Sequence record: PQ898399.1
Strand: one strand, 5' to 3'
Length of the DNA stretch: 64,000 nt
The position numbers were made by a program, and so were the translations under genes. Positions 1 through 7,951 of the stretch are shown here, in pieces. Each line of letters opens with the position of its first letter. The stretch's first letter is position 1. The notes beneath the pieces are model-generated. The model was given only the letters and a program-made list of their open reading frames with translations, was not told where the DNA came from and did no database searches.

Positions 1-1595
1 TTGAGGCCACTACCACCCCAACCATCGTCTTGTTGAATATCCCAAATATTACCACTATCGCTGTAACTAAGGTTAGCTTCCTCTGAAGGTTTCCATGCCT
101 TCATGTTGGCGAGCATAGACACAGTATCGATAGCGTCATCGTGTTTGGACTTGAAGCCAGCAAGAGATGCTTTGGTCAGTTCGTCCATCATCTCAACCAA
201 CGGCACCGAGTGTTTCATTTCTTGAGGGAAGTACATCTTACCCGCCTTGAAGAAAGGAACCACTACGTTGAAACGCTGCATCTTGTTGGTGTTCGGTCGG
301 ATCCCTGGCATGTCAGAGTTATCTTTGGAAGCCAGAGTGAAATAGTTATTACGTGTCATCATCTGTTCCTGAATCCACGGAATAAACCCGCCCTGCTGCC
401 CGGTAACTTCAATACCTACTGACACTGGTTTGTACTTACTGTTAAGCATAAACAGATCGTCCAGGTTTTTACCCATGTCCTGTCGCTTACAAATACCGTC
501 TACCCAGAACCAGTCACCGTTATTGTTATAAGCCCAGACCGAGATAAACGAGAAGTCGGCTGCTTGCTTATCGCTGGTGGCAAAGTCAGTGGTGATGTAG
601 AAGTTGAACATGTGCTTGTTGTTAAGCACAAGCTCACGGCGATACCAGCGAATGTCACTGTCAGCGATCAGACGGTCTTCATCGGACATAATTCGAAGCA
701 TAAGCTCCTGGTTAAATGTCGCAATCTTCCCGGCCTTCAGTGCTTTGTCATACTGGTTTTTAACGTACTTATAATCGAATCGGTCAGGCCAGCTACCCTT
801 AAAGTCTTTCTCGTCACAAGGGAAACGCTCGCATACCGGGTAGACGTTAACAGCCCATGCCCCGGATTCTACCGCTTTGTATAGAGGATCCCCTGCGTTA
901 AACGGCGTACCAGACCAAATCATCATGTTACGTTGAGGGTGGAGGGCATATTCAACCGCCTTATACACCGTATCCTCAATCGCACTGATAACGGTAGGGG
1001 AACGAGCATCCTCATCCGAAACCAGGTCATCGAGTACAGCAAGACGTGGACGTTTACCCATCTCTTTCGTACCACGCACCCCGGTCTTCGCACCGTAACC
1101 TTTAACGACGAATTTGTTACCCTCGACGTTCTGGAACTCCCAACGGATATCGGTGAACTTGGCTACCGGAATATACTTACGCAGGAAGTCAGAGTTCTCG
1201 TAACGGAACTCTAAGTTCTTACGCATGTTCTTCACACCGTTATCCACGGAGTCCGATACATACAAGGCAAGCTCTACAGATCCGAAACCAGGAATCCCAC
1301 CATAGGTTCCAATATACAGGAACAGGTATTCACCCAGTACCGTCGTTTTAGCAGCACCACGGTGCACCATGTTTGCAATCCTGGTTTCCCCGGTACTTAC
1401 CTGGTCGAGCATCTTGTAGTGCAGCACTGGGGTTTTGTTCTCTTCCCCCTGCCCGCCGTTTACCATCTTGATAAACAGCACGAACTCTAACGCAAAGGGC
1501 GAAGGCACATAACCCGGATCGTCACTGTAGTCCACGTCAGACAGCCACGCGTCCACTGTCTTGGGGGTTATCACTTCTGCATTGGTGATATTCAT
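1..1595 (-). CDS. terL: Terminase large subunit (N4 gp68-like); 3' end runs off the window
   Basis: Hand translation from ATG at 1595 (overlaps stop of upstream gene): MNITNAEV...PSPFALEFVLFIKMVNGGQGEENKTPVLHYKMLDQ...HRGAAKTT (Walker A); read at both ends, still in frame at position 3; absent from ORF track because it runs off the edge. Confidence 0.92.
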   Translation of the reverse strand, partial: MNITNAEVITPKTVDAWLSDVDYSDDPGYVPSPFALEFVLFIKMVNGGQGEENKTPVLHYKMLDQVSTGETRIANMVHRGAAKTTVLGEYLFLYIGTYGGIPGFGSVELALYVSDSVDNGVKNMRKNLEFRYENSDFLRKYIPVAKFTDIRWEFQNVEGNKFVVKGYGAKTGVRGTKEMGKRPRLAVLDDLVSDEDARSPTVISAIEDTVYKAVEYALHPQRNMMIWSGTPFNAGDPLYKAVESGAWAVNVYPVCERFPCDEKDFKGSWPDRFDYKYVKNQYDKALKAGKIATFNQELMLRIMSDEDRLIADSDIRWYRRELVLNNKHMFNFYITTDFATSDKQAADFSFISVWAYNNNGDWFWVDGICKRQDMGKNLDDLFMLNSKYKPVSVGIEVTGQQGGFIPWIQEQMMTRNNYFTLASKDNSDMPGIRPNTNKMQRFNVVVPFFKAGKMYFPQEMKHSVPLVEMMDELTKASLAGFKSKHDDAIDTVSMLANMKAWKPSEEANLSYSDSGNIWDIQQDDGWGGSGL

Positions 1596-2272
1596 GCTTT
1601 CTCACCCTCAATAAGGCGTCCACCAGCGATCTGCCCGGCAGTCTGAGCACCAGAGCGGATAGTTTCCTGCTGTGCCTGTACCAGATTACCCACAGCCGCA
1701 CGCAGAGCATCCAGCGTACCATCGTCCTTGTGGTTGATATCCAATTCAACCTTCTTGGTTTCTGGCGGCTTAAGGTGGCTCATCAGACTGTTGGCTGCAT
1801 CACTGCGTACCTTCTCACTGGTAGCAGTCATCATAATCTCAGCCTGTGTCTGCACAGCCTTCCAGAAATAGTCACGCCCCAGGATATGAACAGGAATCAT
1901 AGCCTGTTCCATAATCAAGCCTACCAGCTTGTTATTGTGGTAAGCGTGGACGTAACTGGAGATAGCCTTAGCAGTCGTACCCTTCTGCATGAAGTAGTTA
2001 TAACGCTCAGGGAACGTCTTGATATACGCATCCTGGTTGTTCAGCCCCATCAGCTTATAGCTGACATAGCGTACTGCATCCAGATAGCTTTCCAGCTTGT
2101 ACTTACCCTCACGCATAACATGAGCATACGTCAGCAGGTTCTCACGATACTGCCCATAGAATGCAGGGTCACTGATTGCTTTGTTAATATTCTGAAGGAC
2201 TGTATCTGTCACTGACTTACGTACAGTATCTGGCAGTGCAGCCCTTAACTCATCTATCGTTAACTTTGACAT
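1592..2272 (-). CDS. Conserved N4 gp69-like protein (possible terminase small subunit)
   Basis: YRENLLTY...YLDAVRYVSYKLMG...AYIKTFPERY typical of the gene directly upstream of N4-like terL. Confidence 0.75.
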   Translation of the reverse strand: MSKLTIDELRAALPDTVRKSVTDTVLQNINKAISDPAFYGQYRENLLTYAHVMREGKYKLESYLDAVRYVSYKLMGLNNQDAYIKTFPERYNYFMQKGTTAKAISSYVHAYHNNKLVGLIMEQAMIPVHILGRDYFWKAVQTQAEIMMTATSEKVRSDAANSLMSHLKPPETKKVELDINHKDDGTLDALRAAVGNLVQAQQETIRSGAQTAGQIAGGRLIEGEKA

Positions 2273-2304
2273 AAGGTATAGGCTCCCTATAGGTTTTAAG
2301 CCAG

Positions 2305-2333
2305 AGTGTAAGACAGTCAGAAAGGTTGGGCAA
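2305..2333 (-). promoter_or_regulatory. Candidate sigma70-type late promoter
   Basis: Minus strand TTGCCC-17 nt-TACACT, 32 nt upstream of the gp69-like start; N4 late genes use host sigma70 RNAP. Confidence 0.5.
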
Positions 2334-2360
2334 TTTTTATAATTTTTATGAGGAAATTTT

Positions 2361-2645
2361 ATGTTAGTGGAAGTTATCTATAGTCCACGAAGAGGTTATG
2401 GTATACGGGCAAATGGTTTGTTTTATGACTTCCGACATAAACCTTGGCCTCGTGGAAAACGTACACCAGAGAGTGACCAGACAGCTATACGCTGGTTCAG
2501 GAAAGAATTGTATAACCCTCGTCGTCGTTTACAGCATTATACGGGTAAACCTACCCCAATAGGTTCTGCTGTAGTGTACAGTCGTGAATCAACGTCTGAT
2601 GAAAGAGAAGGTAATTGTAGACACCCGGAAAACCGAGTGAGTTAA
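2361..2645 (+). CDS. Hypothetical protein (terminal region)
   Basis: ORF with GAGG RBS. Confidence 0.55.
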   Translation: MLVEVIYSPRRGYGIRANGLFYDFRHKPWPRGKRTPESDQTAIRWFRKELYNPRRRLQHYTGKPTPIGSAVVYSRESTSDEREGNCRHPENRVS

Positions 2646-2695
2646 AACTTTTTCAACTTTTTATAAATTTTTTAATTTAGGTATGAGGAAACTTT

Positions 2696-2908
2696 ATGTT
2701 AATCAGACCGCGTGTGAACACTATCGACATAGATGGCTTAGGGGATTTAGTTATCTCACGTAGCAAATCACCATTCATTTTAGACTTAGGCCATGAAAGC
2801 GATGTTGAGGTTAAAGTAACTAACTTTAACTTTATCGCTATGTATCAGCGTACTCGTATCGGCAGGTTTATCTATGCGATGAAGTTCGTATGGAAACACT
2901 GTAAGTAG
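2696..2908 (+). CDS. Hypothetical protein (terminal region)
   Basis: ORF with GAGG RBS. Confidence 0.55.
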   Translation: MLIRPRVNTIDIDGLGDLVISRSKSPFILDLGHESDVEVKVTNFNFIAMYQRTRIGRFIYAMKFVWKHCK

Positions 2909-2941
2909 TTAACCTCCTGATTATTTTTATAGGTAAATTCT

Positions 2942-3130
2942 ATGTATCGGATGAGTAAGCGCAGTCTTGTTACCCGTATTGTATTGCTACCAGTTTATGT
3001 AGTGCTCTGGTTCTTAGGTGGTATAGCTTTAACCGCTTACTATCTCACAGAGAAGCTGTGGAACTTCCTGGATAAACTTATGGATAAGTTTGAAGCCTGG
3101 GTACATAAGATAGCACCACTCGGTAAGTAG
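2942..3130 (+). CDS. Hypothetical membrane protein
   Basis: AGGT RBS; one hydrophobic segment IVLLPVYVVLWFLGGIALTAYYL. Confidence 0.55.
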   Translation: MYRMSKRSLVTRIVLLPVYVVLWFLGGIALTAYYLTEKLWNFLDKLMDKFEAWVHKIAPLGK

Positions 3131-3286
3131 TTAGTCTGCTAATTATTTTTATGGAAAACTTTTTCAATTTTTTGCTAGTTAGGTACGGTAGCACTACTTA
3201 CTACTCTGGCTGTTAGAAATCTGGGACTCCCCCCGGTGTCATCGCCTGGAAAAAAGAATTCTTACTCCTTACACAAATAAACTTAA

Positions 3287-3303
3287 GGCCATAGGCCATG
3301 CTG
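3287..3303 (+). promoter_or_regulatory. Candidate vRNAP hairpin promoter (GGCC-ATA-GGCC, predicted +1 G3303)
   Basis: 4-bp stem, 3-nt loop, R(+1)-TG at N4 spacing; upstream of first early gene. Confidence 0.55.
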
Positions 3304-3343
3304 TGAGCAATGGTGCTCATCATACATGTATGGAGTAATACAA

Positions 3344-3616
3344 ATGTCTAACGTATCTAATGTAGCTAAGCCTTCTCTCTTCGCAGCAATCACTGGTGCT
3401 GTTGTCTCTACTGTGTCAGTGGTAACTACTACTGCTGAAGCCATGAACTCACTGGCTAATGCTGGTAACCAACTGGCTAAGGTAGCAGAGAACAAAGCTA
3501 CTCGTTTCGGTGAACTCATCGAGATGAAAGACCAGATGACTTACAACGCAATGAAGCATGAGCTTGACCAGCAGGTTGCTGCTCTCGCTGCATCTCTCGA
3601 TACCAAACGTAAGTAA
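3344..3616 (+). CDS. First early protein, Ala-rich/coiled-coil hypothetical
   Basis: GGAG RBS before ATG 3344; monocistronic between hairpin and terminator. Confidence 0.8.
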   Translation: MSNVSNVAKPSLFAAITGAVVSTVSVVTTTAEAMNSLANAGNQLAKVAENKATRFGELIEMKDQMTYNAMKHELDQQVAALAASLDTKRK

Positions 3617-3621
3617 GCATC

Positions 3622-3654
3622 AGCCTCATCCTTCGGGATGGGGCTTATTCTTTT
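3622..3654 (+). terminator. Intrinsic terminator
   Basis: AGCCTCATCC-TTCG-GGATGGGGCT then T-rich tail. Confidence 0.8.
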
Positions 3655-3655
3655 C

Positions 3656-3678
3656 TACACAATTACACAACTACACAA
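3656..3678 (+). repeat. TACACAA x3 tandem repeat (8-nt period)
   Basis: Copies at 3656, 3664, 3672; a fourth at 3270. Confidence 0.75.
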
Positions 3679-3875
3679 TCAACCTATGACAGTAAGGTGC
3701 GCTAAGCAGGTTCAAAACTTATGGCAATTTACTCGCGCTAGGTATGACGGTCAGAATTCATATACAGATACTCATCTATCGATTTTATTCATAACACTTA
3801 TCGAAAAAATGAGTTAGTCAAAAGGGTTGACAGAGAATAGGATACATATACTCCAGTATGTACTACTTAACTTTG

Positions 3876-3975
3876 TTTACCTCTACCTTATCAACTACTA
3901 TCTCTATACCTATACCTACCCTATATACTATCTATACTACTACCTTACATATACCTATAACCTTATAAACACTAT
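3876..3975 (+). repeat. 100-nt G-free low-complexity tract (CTAT/CTAC/TACC units)
   Basis: No G on + strand between G3875 and G3976. Confidence 0.85.
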
Positions 3976-4011
3976 GTATATAAGTATGGGTATCCTATCT
4001 ATAACCAGTGA

Positions 4012-4044
4012 GTAACACGTAGGTACGTAGTACCGTAGTGTTAC
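4012..4044 (+). other. Nested inverted repeat GTAACAC-GTA-GGTAC-GTA-GTACC-GTA-GTGTTAC
   Basis: 7-bp outer and 5-bp inner stems read directly. Confidence 0.85.
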
Positions 4045-4064
4045 GAACGGTAGATAGTTATATC

Positions 4065-4082
4065 TACGCATAGCGTATGTAA
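4065..4082 (+). promoter_or_regulatory. Candidate vRNAP hairpin promoter (TACGC-ATA-GCGTA, predicted +1 A4082)
   Basis: 5-bp stem, 3-nt loop, followed by TGTAATGAG as at 5650. Confidence 0.7.
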
Positions 4083-4114
4083 TGAGATTCCTATTCATTA
4101 CTGGAGATATAACT

Positions 4115-4432
4115 ATGTCTAACTTATCTGAATGCTCACCTGCTTGTAATTGCATGTATTGCAGACTGTCACAGGATAGCTCTATCGCGTTCTCAGCTCG
4201 TTCTGACCAAACCAACCCAGTTACATCACCTAACCCTGTATCGCCTCAAATTGAGCGATTCAGTGACCTTCCTGACGGTGCTATCTTCTACCTGGCACAA
4301 ACATATGCCTATGGTGGACGTCAGGCATTAATCAAGACACTGGAAGACGGTGGTGAACATAATGCTGTATACGCAGTATACGGTGGTATTGGTATTCACA
4401 TTAACGATGACCGTCTGGTCATTCGTAAATAA
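4115..4432 (+). CDS. Early hypothetical protein (paralog of 5447-5626)
   Basis: GGAG RBS; FSDLPDGAIFYL...IKTLEDGGEHNAV. Confidence 0.75.
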   Translation: MSNLSECSPACNCMYCRLSQDSSIAFSARSDQTNPVTSPNPVSPQIERFSDLPDGAIFYLAQTYAYGGRQALIKTLEDGGEHNAVYAVYGGIGIHINDDRLVIRK

Positions 4433-4445
4433 ACCAGGAGTTAAC

Positions 4446-4706
4446 ATGTTAACCAAATGCAATGTATCTATCTCGACCGATGTAGTGTATGTCTCTGCAT
4501 CCAAGTTCAGTATTGGTAATGGCATCATTGAAGATGTGCCTGCTCAGTGGCTGGTCTACTTCAGTCGTGAAACTGAACGTGAGCATAACTATGGATTGCC
4601 TTACGAACGCTGCTATGAGTTCGTTACTAAACCTACTCGTAAGCAGATTCGTAAAGCTCGCAGACACTTCAAAGTCGGATACGATATGTACGAAAACTAC
4701 AACTAA
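4446..4706 (+). CDS. Early hypothetical protein
   Basis: AGGAG RBS before ATG 4446. Confidence 0.7.
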   Translation: MLTKCNVSISTDVVYVSASKFSIGNGIIEDVPAQWLVYFSRETEREHNYGLPYERCYEFVTKPTRKQIRKARRHFKVGYDMYENYN

Positions 4707-4719
4707 TAACCCGGCCTTT

Positions 4720-4730
4720 GTGCATAGCAC
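4720..4730 (+). promoter_or_regulatory. GTGC-ATA-GCAC hairpin (weak promoter candidate or part of a longer stem 4711-4739)
   Basis: Same loop as other hairpins but predicted +1 is C. Confidence 0.35.
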
Positions 4731-4766
4731 TTAGGCTGGAATAACAATAAACCAAGGTGCATAACT

Positions 4767-4859
4767 ATGCTTATCTCTGACTTACCTCTGATTGTGCTCA
4801 GTGCAATCATCTTCATCGCAGCAATCTCATTCATCGATAACAAATACCCGAGGAAATAA
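4767..4859 (+). CDS. 30-aa single-pass membrane peptide
   Basis: MLISDLPLIVLSAIIFIAAISFIDNKYPRK; AAGGT RBS; below ORF-track cutoff. Confidence 0.6.
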   Translation: MLISDLPLIVLSAIIFIAAISFIDNKYPRK

Positions 4860-4861
4860 TC

Positions 4862-4951
4862 ATGACCATTCGTAAATCAACTATCCGTCGTATCGCTAAA
4901 TGTGCAGTGGCTATGGCTGCTGTTGCTCTCACTCTGTATGTGGGGGCTTGA
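4862..4951 (+). CDS. 29-aa basic/hydrophobic peptide
   Basis: MTIRKSTIRRIAKCAVAMAAVALTLYVGA; GAGG RBS; TGATG coupling to next ORF. Confidence 0.6.
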   Translation: MTIRKSTIRRIAKCAVAMAAVALTLYVGA

Positions 4952-5136
4952 TGCGTAGCGATCACATCCGTAAAGAACTCAAGTTCAAACATGAGGGTGA
5001 GGACTACGTAGTAGTAGTCCAATTCACCAAACGAAAGCTTGAACAGGCTAAAGCCAAAGCTCCTTACAACAACGGTGCTGTACTTAACAGTGCCGTACTT
5101 TATGCCATGACTGCATGGCGGAGACTATTCAAATGA
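4951..5136 (+). CDS. Early hypothetical protein
   Basis: Translationally coupled start MRSDHIRK. Confidence 0.65.
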   Translation: MRSDHIRKELKFKHEGEDYVVVVQFTKRKLEQAKAKAPYNNGAVLNSAVLYAMTAWRRLFK

Positions 5137-5447
5137 ACGTACATGATGCAATCGTTAAAGCCAGACAAGAAGGATGGGAGATGCGTCTCGAAAGGGAGCA
5201 TCTGCGTAAATTCGCTGAACCCCAAATCCGTCAGCGTCTGGTAGAAACTCACCTGGGCTATAGATATTACGTTAAACGTATCGAAGTCCAGATTGGTGAA
5301 GACCTGTATTACCACATGGCTACCGAGTGCAAAGTGGATGACACCACTAAGCTTCCAATACTCGAAGAGGTTGCAGGTAAAGTGTTTAGACGCTACCACA
5401 GTGGTGGTCAGATTAACCTGGTACACTGGAAAAAAGTGGAGTTCTAA
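5133..5447 (+). CDS. Early hypothetical protein
   Basis: GGAG RBS, start overlaps previous stop. Confidence 0.7.
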   Translation: MNVHDAIVKARQEGWEMRLEREHLRKFAEPQIRQRLVETHLGYRYYVKRIEVQIGEDLYYHMATECKVDDTTKLPILEEVAGKVFRRYHSGGQINLVHWKKVEF

Positions 5448-5626
5448 TGAAATTCAAAGATATCCCTGAACAAGCTCATTTCAGCTTAACTGAAGATGAG
5501 CGTATTGGACTGGATATAACTTACATCAAAGCCTACCAGGATGGTGGCAGATATAACGCAGTTAAACTGGGTAAGTTAACCGTACCAGTTCTACTCCAGC
5601 CTGAATTCGAAGTTACTCTAAAATAA
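5447..5626 (+). CDS. 59-aa early protein (paralog of 4115-4432)
   Basis: MKFKDIPEQAHFSL...IKAYQDGGRYNAV; TAATG coupling. Confidence 0.7.
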   Translation: MKFKDIPEQAHFSLTEDERIGLDITYIKAYQDGGRYNAVKLGKLTVPVLLQPEFEVTLK

Positions 5627-5649
5627 GCCCTTCGGGGCTTATCTTTTTT
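5623..5649 (+). terminator. Intrinsic terminator
   Basis: TAAGCCC-TTCG-GGGCTTA then T-tract. Confidence 0.8.
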
Positions 5650-5669
5650 AATGCACTCCGTGCATTGTA
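5650..5669 (+). promoter_or_regulatory. vRNAP hairpin promoter with canonical loop (AATGCAC-TCC-GTGCATT; template C-GGA-G)
   Basis: 7-bp stem; template loop equals N4 P2-type GGA triloop; directly after terminator. Confidence 0.75.
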
Positions 5670-5695
5670 ATGAGTTCCTCAACTGGACTAAGCCT

Positions 5696-5887
5696 ATGGC
5701 TAACGAAATTGATGTAACAGCTAAGATAAACTTAGGTGAAGAACATAGTGTATTTGTCACTATACCTGCATCTGAACTTAAACGTCTTAAGACTTCCAAA
5801 CTTATTGGTAAAGACAGCACAGAGATAACTGTTATAGCTACTCTTGTTCCTGCTGTCTTCGATACAGAATTAGACCAATTATTTTGA
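5696..5887 (+). CDS. Small early protein with KT-LLG motif
   Basis: IPASELKRLKTSKLIG. Confidence 0.7.
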   Translation: MANEIDVTAKINLGEEHSVFVTIPASELKRLKTSKLIGKDSTEITVIATLVPAVFDTELDQLF

Positions 5888-5893
5888 GGCTAT

Positions 5894-6181
5894 ATGAAAG
5901 AAATAACCTACTGGGTAATTAGGCATATACCCACTAAACGTATCCTTGCTACTGCTGACAGCGTAGGCAAGGGCAGAGGTAATACTCGTGTTGATATTCA
6001 AGACACAGGTTTACCTCGACTGTTCGAAACAGAGAGACGAGCCAAGTATTGTCTCGCTCGCTGGCTTGAAGGTAAATTCCATATGACCTGGGATGATGGA
6101 ATTGAAGTTAGCACTCCAGCCATTCCTCGTATAAAGGAGGATATGGAAATCATACCTGTTCAACTTAAGGTGATGGTATGA
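5894..6181 (+). CDS. Early hypothetical protein (PRLF type)
   Basis: GAGG RBS; PRLFETERRAK. Confidence 0.7.
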   Translation: MKEITYWVIRHIPTKRILATADSVGKGRGNTRVDIQDTGLPRLFETERRAKYCLARWLEGKFHMTWDDGIEVSTPAIPRIKEDMEIIPVQLKVMV

Positions 6182-6480
6182 CAACTGTTAACTTATGCTA
6201 TCAGGCTGGTAAATACACTTTTATTGCTACGCTCGATGAGCAAGATATAGAAGGGTTAAAAACCAGAAGATTAATGGGTATGCACAAGCGTCAGGGAAGA
6301 TTACGTATGTTAATCATGGAGACTGACCGCATAGCGTTATACCCGAATGATCTTCATCGTATGTATACCATCCCAGAAACTGGTATGCGTATTCATCTCA
6401 ATGTACCTATTGCACCTGATGTAATGCACTGGGTATGTCCTACAACTGATGAGCTTAATGCTCTTATCTACTTCGAGTAA
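6178..6480 (+). CDS. Small early protein with KT-LLG motif
   Basis: LDEQDIEGLKTRRLMG. Confidence 0.7.
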   Translation: MTTVNLCYQAGKYTFIATLDEQDIEGLKTRRLMGMHKRQGRLRMLIMETDRIALYPNDLHRMYTIPETGMRIHLNVPIAPDVMHWVCPTTDELNALIYFE

Positions 6481-6486
6481 ATAACT

Positions 6487-6660
6487 ATGGTTGATATCGA
6501 ATATAAACTCATTAGGAATGAGAATAAGCAATCGCGTTATCCTTGGGTAGTTATCAAAAGTTATCCCGGATTCTTCCAGTATTTCTACTGTTCTGACAAA
6601 CAGAAGAAAGATTTCCCTAACCTGGCTGACCTATACAAAGAGGCTCGTAAAAATGGCTAA
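6487..6660 (+). CDS. 57-aa hypothetical protein
   Basis: MVDIEYKLIRNE...; fills gap between neighbours. Confidence 0.55.
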   Translation: MVDIEYKLIRNENKQSRYPWVVIKSYPGFFQYFYCSDKQKKDFPNLADLYKEARKNG

Positions 6661-6937
6661 ACGTAGACTACGTGCATACAATGCTACAGCGTTATATGTT
6701 CATATAACACCAGAGCTACTAAAGAGTCTGAAGGTTAAGCTCATGGTACTAAAGGTTCCATGTGTGGAACTGAAATTACCTACATTCAGAAACCAGCAGA
6801 AGAAATCAACCAAGCAAATCAAGGTTGGTGATGGTCTGTGGATCGAAGCTCAGCTTATGTATCCTGACCTCTGTAAAGCTGGTTCCTATCTGGAAGCCTA
6901 CTGGCGTTTCAATCTGACCCGGAGGATACCCTTCTAA
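6653..6937 (+). CDS. Small early protein with degenerate KT-LLG motif
   Basis: ITPELLKSLKVKLMVL; GAGG RBS. Confidence 0.7.
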   Translation: MAKRRLRAYNATALYVHITPELLKSLKVKLMVLKVPCVELKLPTFRNQQKKSTKQIKVGDGLWIEAQLMYPDLCKAGSYLEAYWRFNLTRRIPF

Positions 6938-7020
6938 AACTAAGGTTTGGGGTAAATCTTATACTGAAGTGTTTATGGATGAATTCTATAAATTAAACAA
7001 AGTAATCAAGGTAAACCGTA

Positions 7021-7341
7021 ATGATAATAATCCGTGATGTAATTCGCTATCACCCATCAGGTACTAAGTTAATAGCTGAAGCTAAAGTAACTGAAGAAGA
7101 GTTCAATAAGATCAGAACTCTATTCCTGATTGGTAATAAAGAACCAGTGCAACTGGTTACCTCTGTGTATTGGTATGAGGGTGGTTATCCACCTAAGCCA
7201 GTATATCTGGTGTGTCCTCAAGATTGGCGTGGTCAATTGCTCAATCCTGATACTGCTGCTTATGAAGCAAATACCAAAGAGAAACGTATGTGGCTCTTTG
7301 AATATAAACCAGTAAAGGATAGTGGGGGTGCTGCTATATGA
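7021..7341 (+). CDS. Small early protein with KT-LLG motif
   Basis: VTEEEFNKIRTLFLIG. Confidence 0.7.
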   Translation: MIIIRDVIRYHPSGTKLIAEAKVTEEEFNKIRTLFLIGNKEPVQLVTSVYWYEGGYPPKPVYLVCPQDWRGQLLNPDTAAYEANTKEKRMWLFEYKPVKDSGGAAI

Positions 7342-7628
7342 GAGTTGGTAATGGTTCACAAGCAACACCGCGTAGATACTTTTGTAAGCTCAGTGAAACT
7401 GAACTTAAGAAACTAGCTACCAAAGCGTTACTTAAATCCAGAACTTCAACTAATGAGTTCTATATGTCGTTCACCGTAAAAGTACCAACCTGGTACTCAA
7501 GAGGTAGAACGGAAAATAATGTATTCGAAATAAATGGTAAACGTGCAGTTGCTATTTATCTGGATACTAACGATTACTCAACTAAACCAGGAGTGTTAGC
7601 AGAATGGATAATCAGGATATATCACTGA
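7338..7628 (+). CDS. Small early protein with degenerate KT-LLG motif
   Basis: LSETELKKLATKALLK. Confidence 0.65.
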   Translation: MRVGNGSQATPRRYFCKLSETELKKLATKALLKSRTSTNEFYMSFTVKVPTWYSRGRTENNVFEINGKRAVAIYLDTNDYSTKPGVLAEWIIRIYH

Positions 7629-7951
7629 CTGATGGTGGTACAGAAATACTTCGTTGGGATGCTGAAAGAAACACATTTGATAAAATTGGTTATCTTACCC
7701 CGGGAGTGATGGAAAATCTTAAAACTCGTGTGATGCTTACACCGAATTTCACATGGACAGGTGATATCATTATTGATATCCGCATGTTCGAATTGGGGCC
7801 GGGTAGACTCGTCGGAGAGATTATGCTCCGTGTAGGTATACCTGGTATCAAGTGTAAAACTATCATGCTCAGTGTCCGTTTAACCAAGCAAATGCTTCAG
7901 GGTAAGTATCCCTATGTTAAAACGGAGGCAACAATCAAAGGTATTAGCTAA
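7604..7951 (+). CDS. Small early protein with degenerate KT-LLG motif
   Basis: LTPGVMENLKTRVMLT; AGGAG RBS. Confidence 0.7.
   Translation: MDNQDISLTDGGTEILRWDAERNTFDKIGYLTPGVMENLKTRVMLTPNFTWTGDIIIDIRMFELGPGRLVGEIMLRVGIPGIKCKTIMLSVRLTKQMLQGKYPYVKTEATIKGIS

Noticed and set aside
141-1214. Plus-strand ORFs 141-422, 564-884 and 933-1214
   Set aside because: Antisense shadows of terL, which the ORF track missed because it runs off the window.
3827-3855. Perfect TTGACA as a sigma70 -35 box
   Set aside because: No acceptable -10 at 16-18 nt spacing.
3827-4015. Tyr/Leu-rich 62-aa ORF
   Set aside because: Translation of the low-complexity G-free tract; no RBS.
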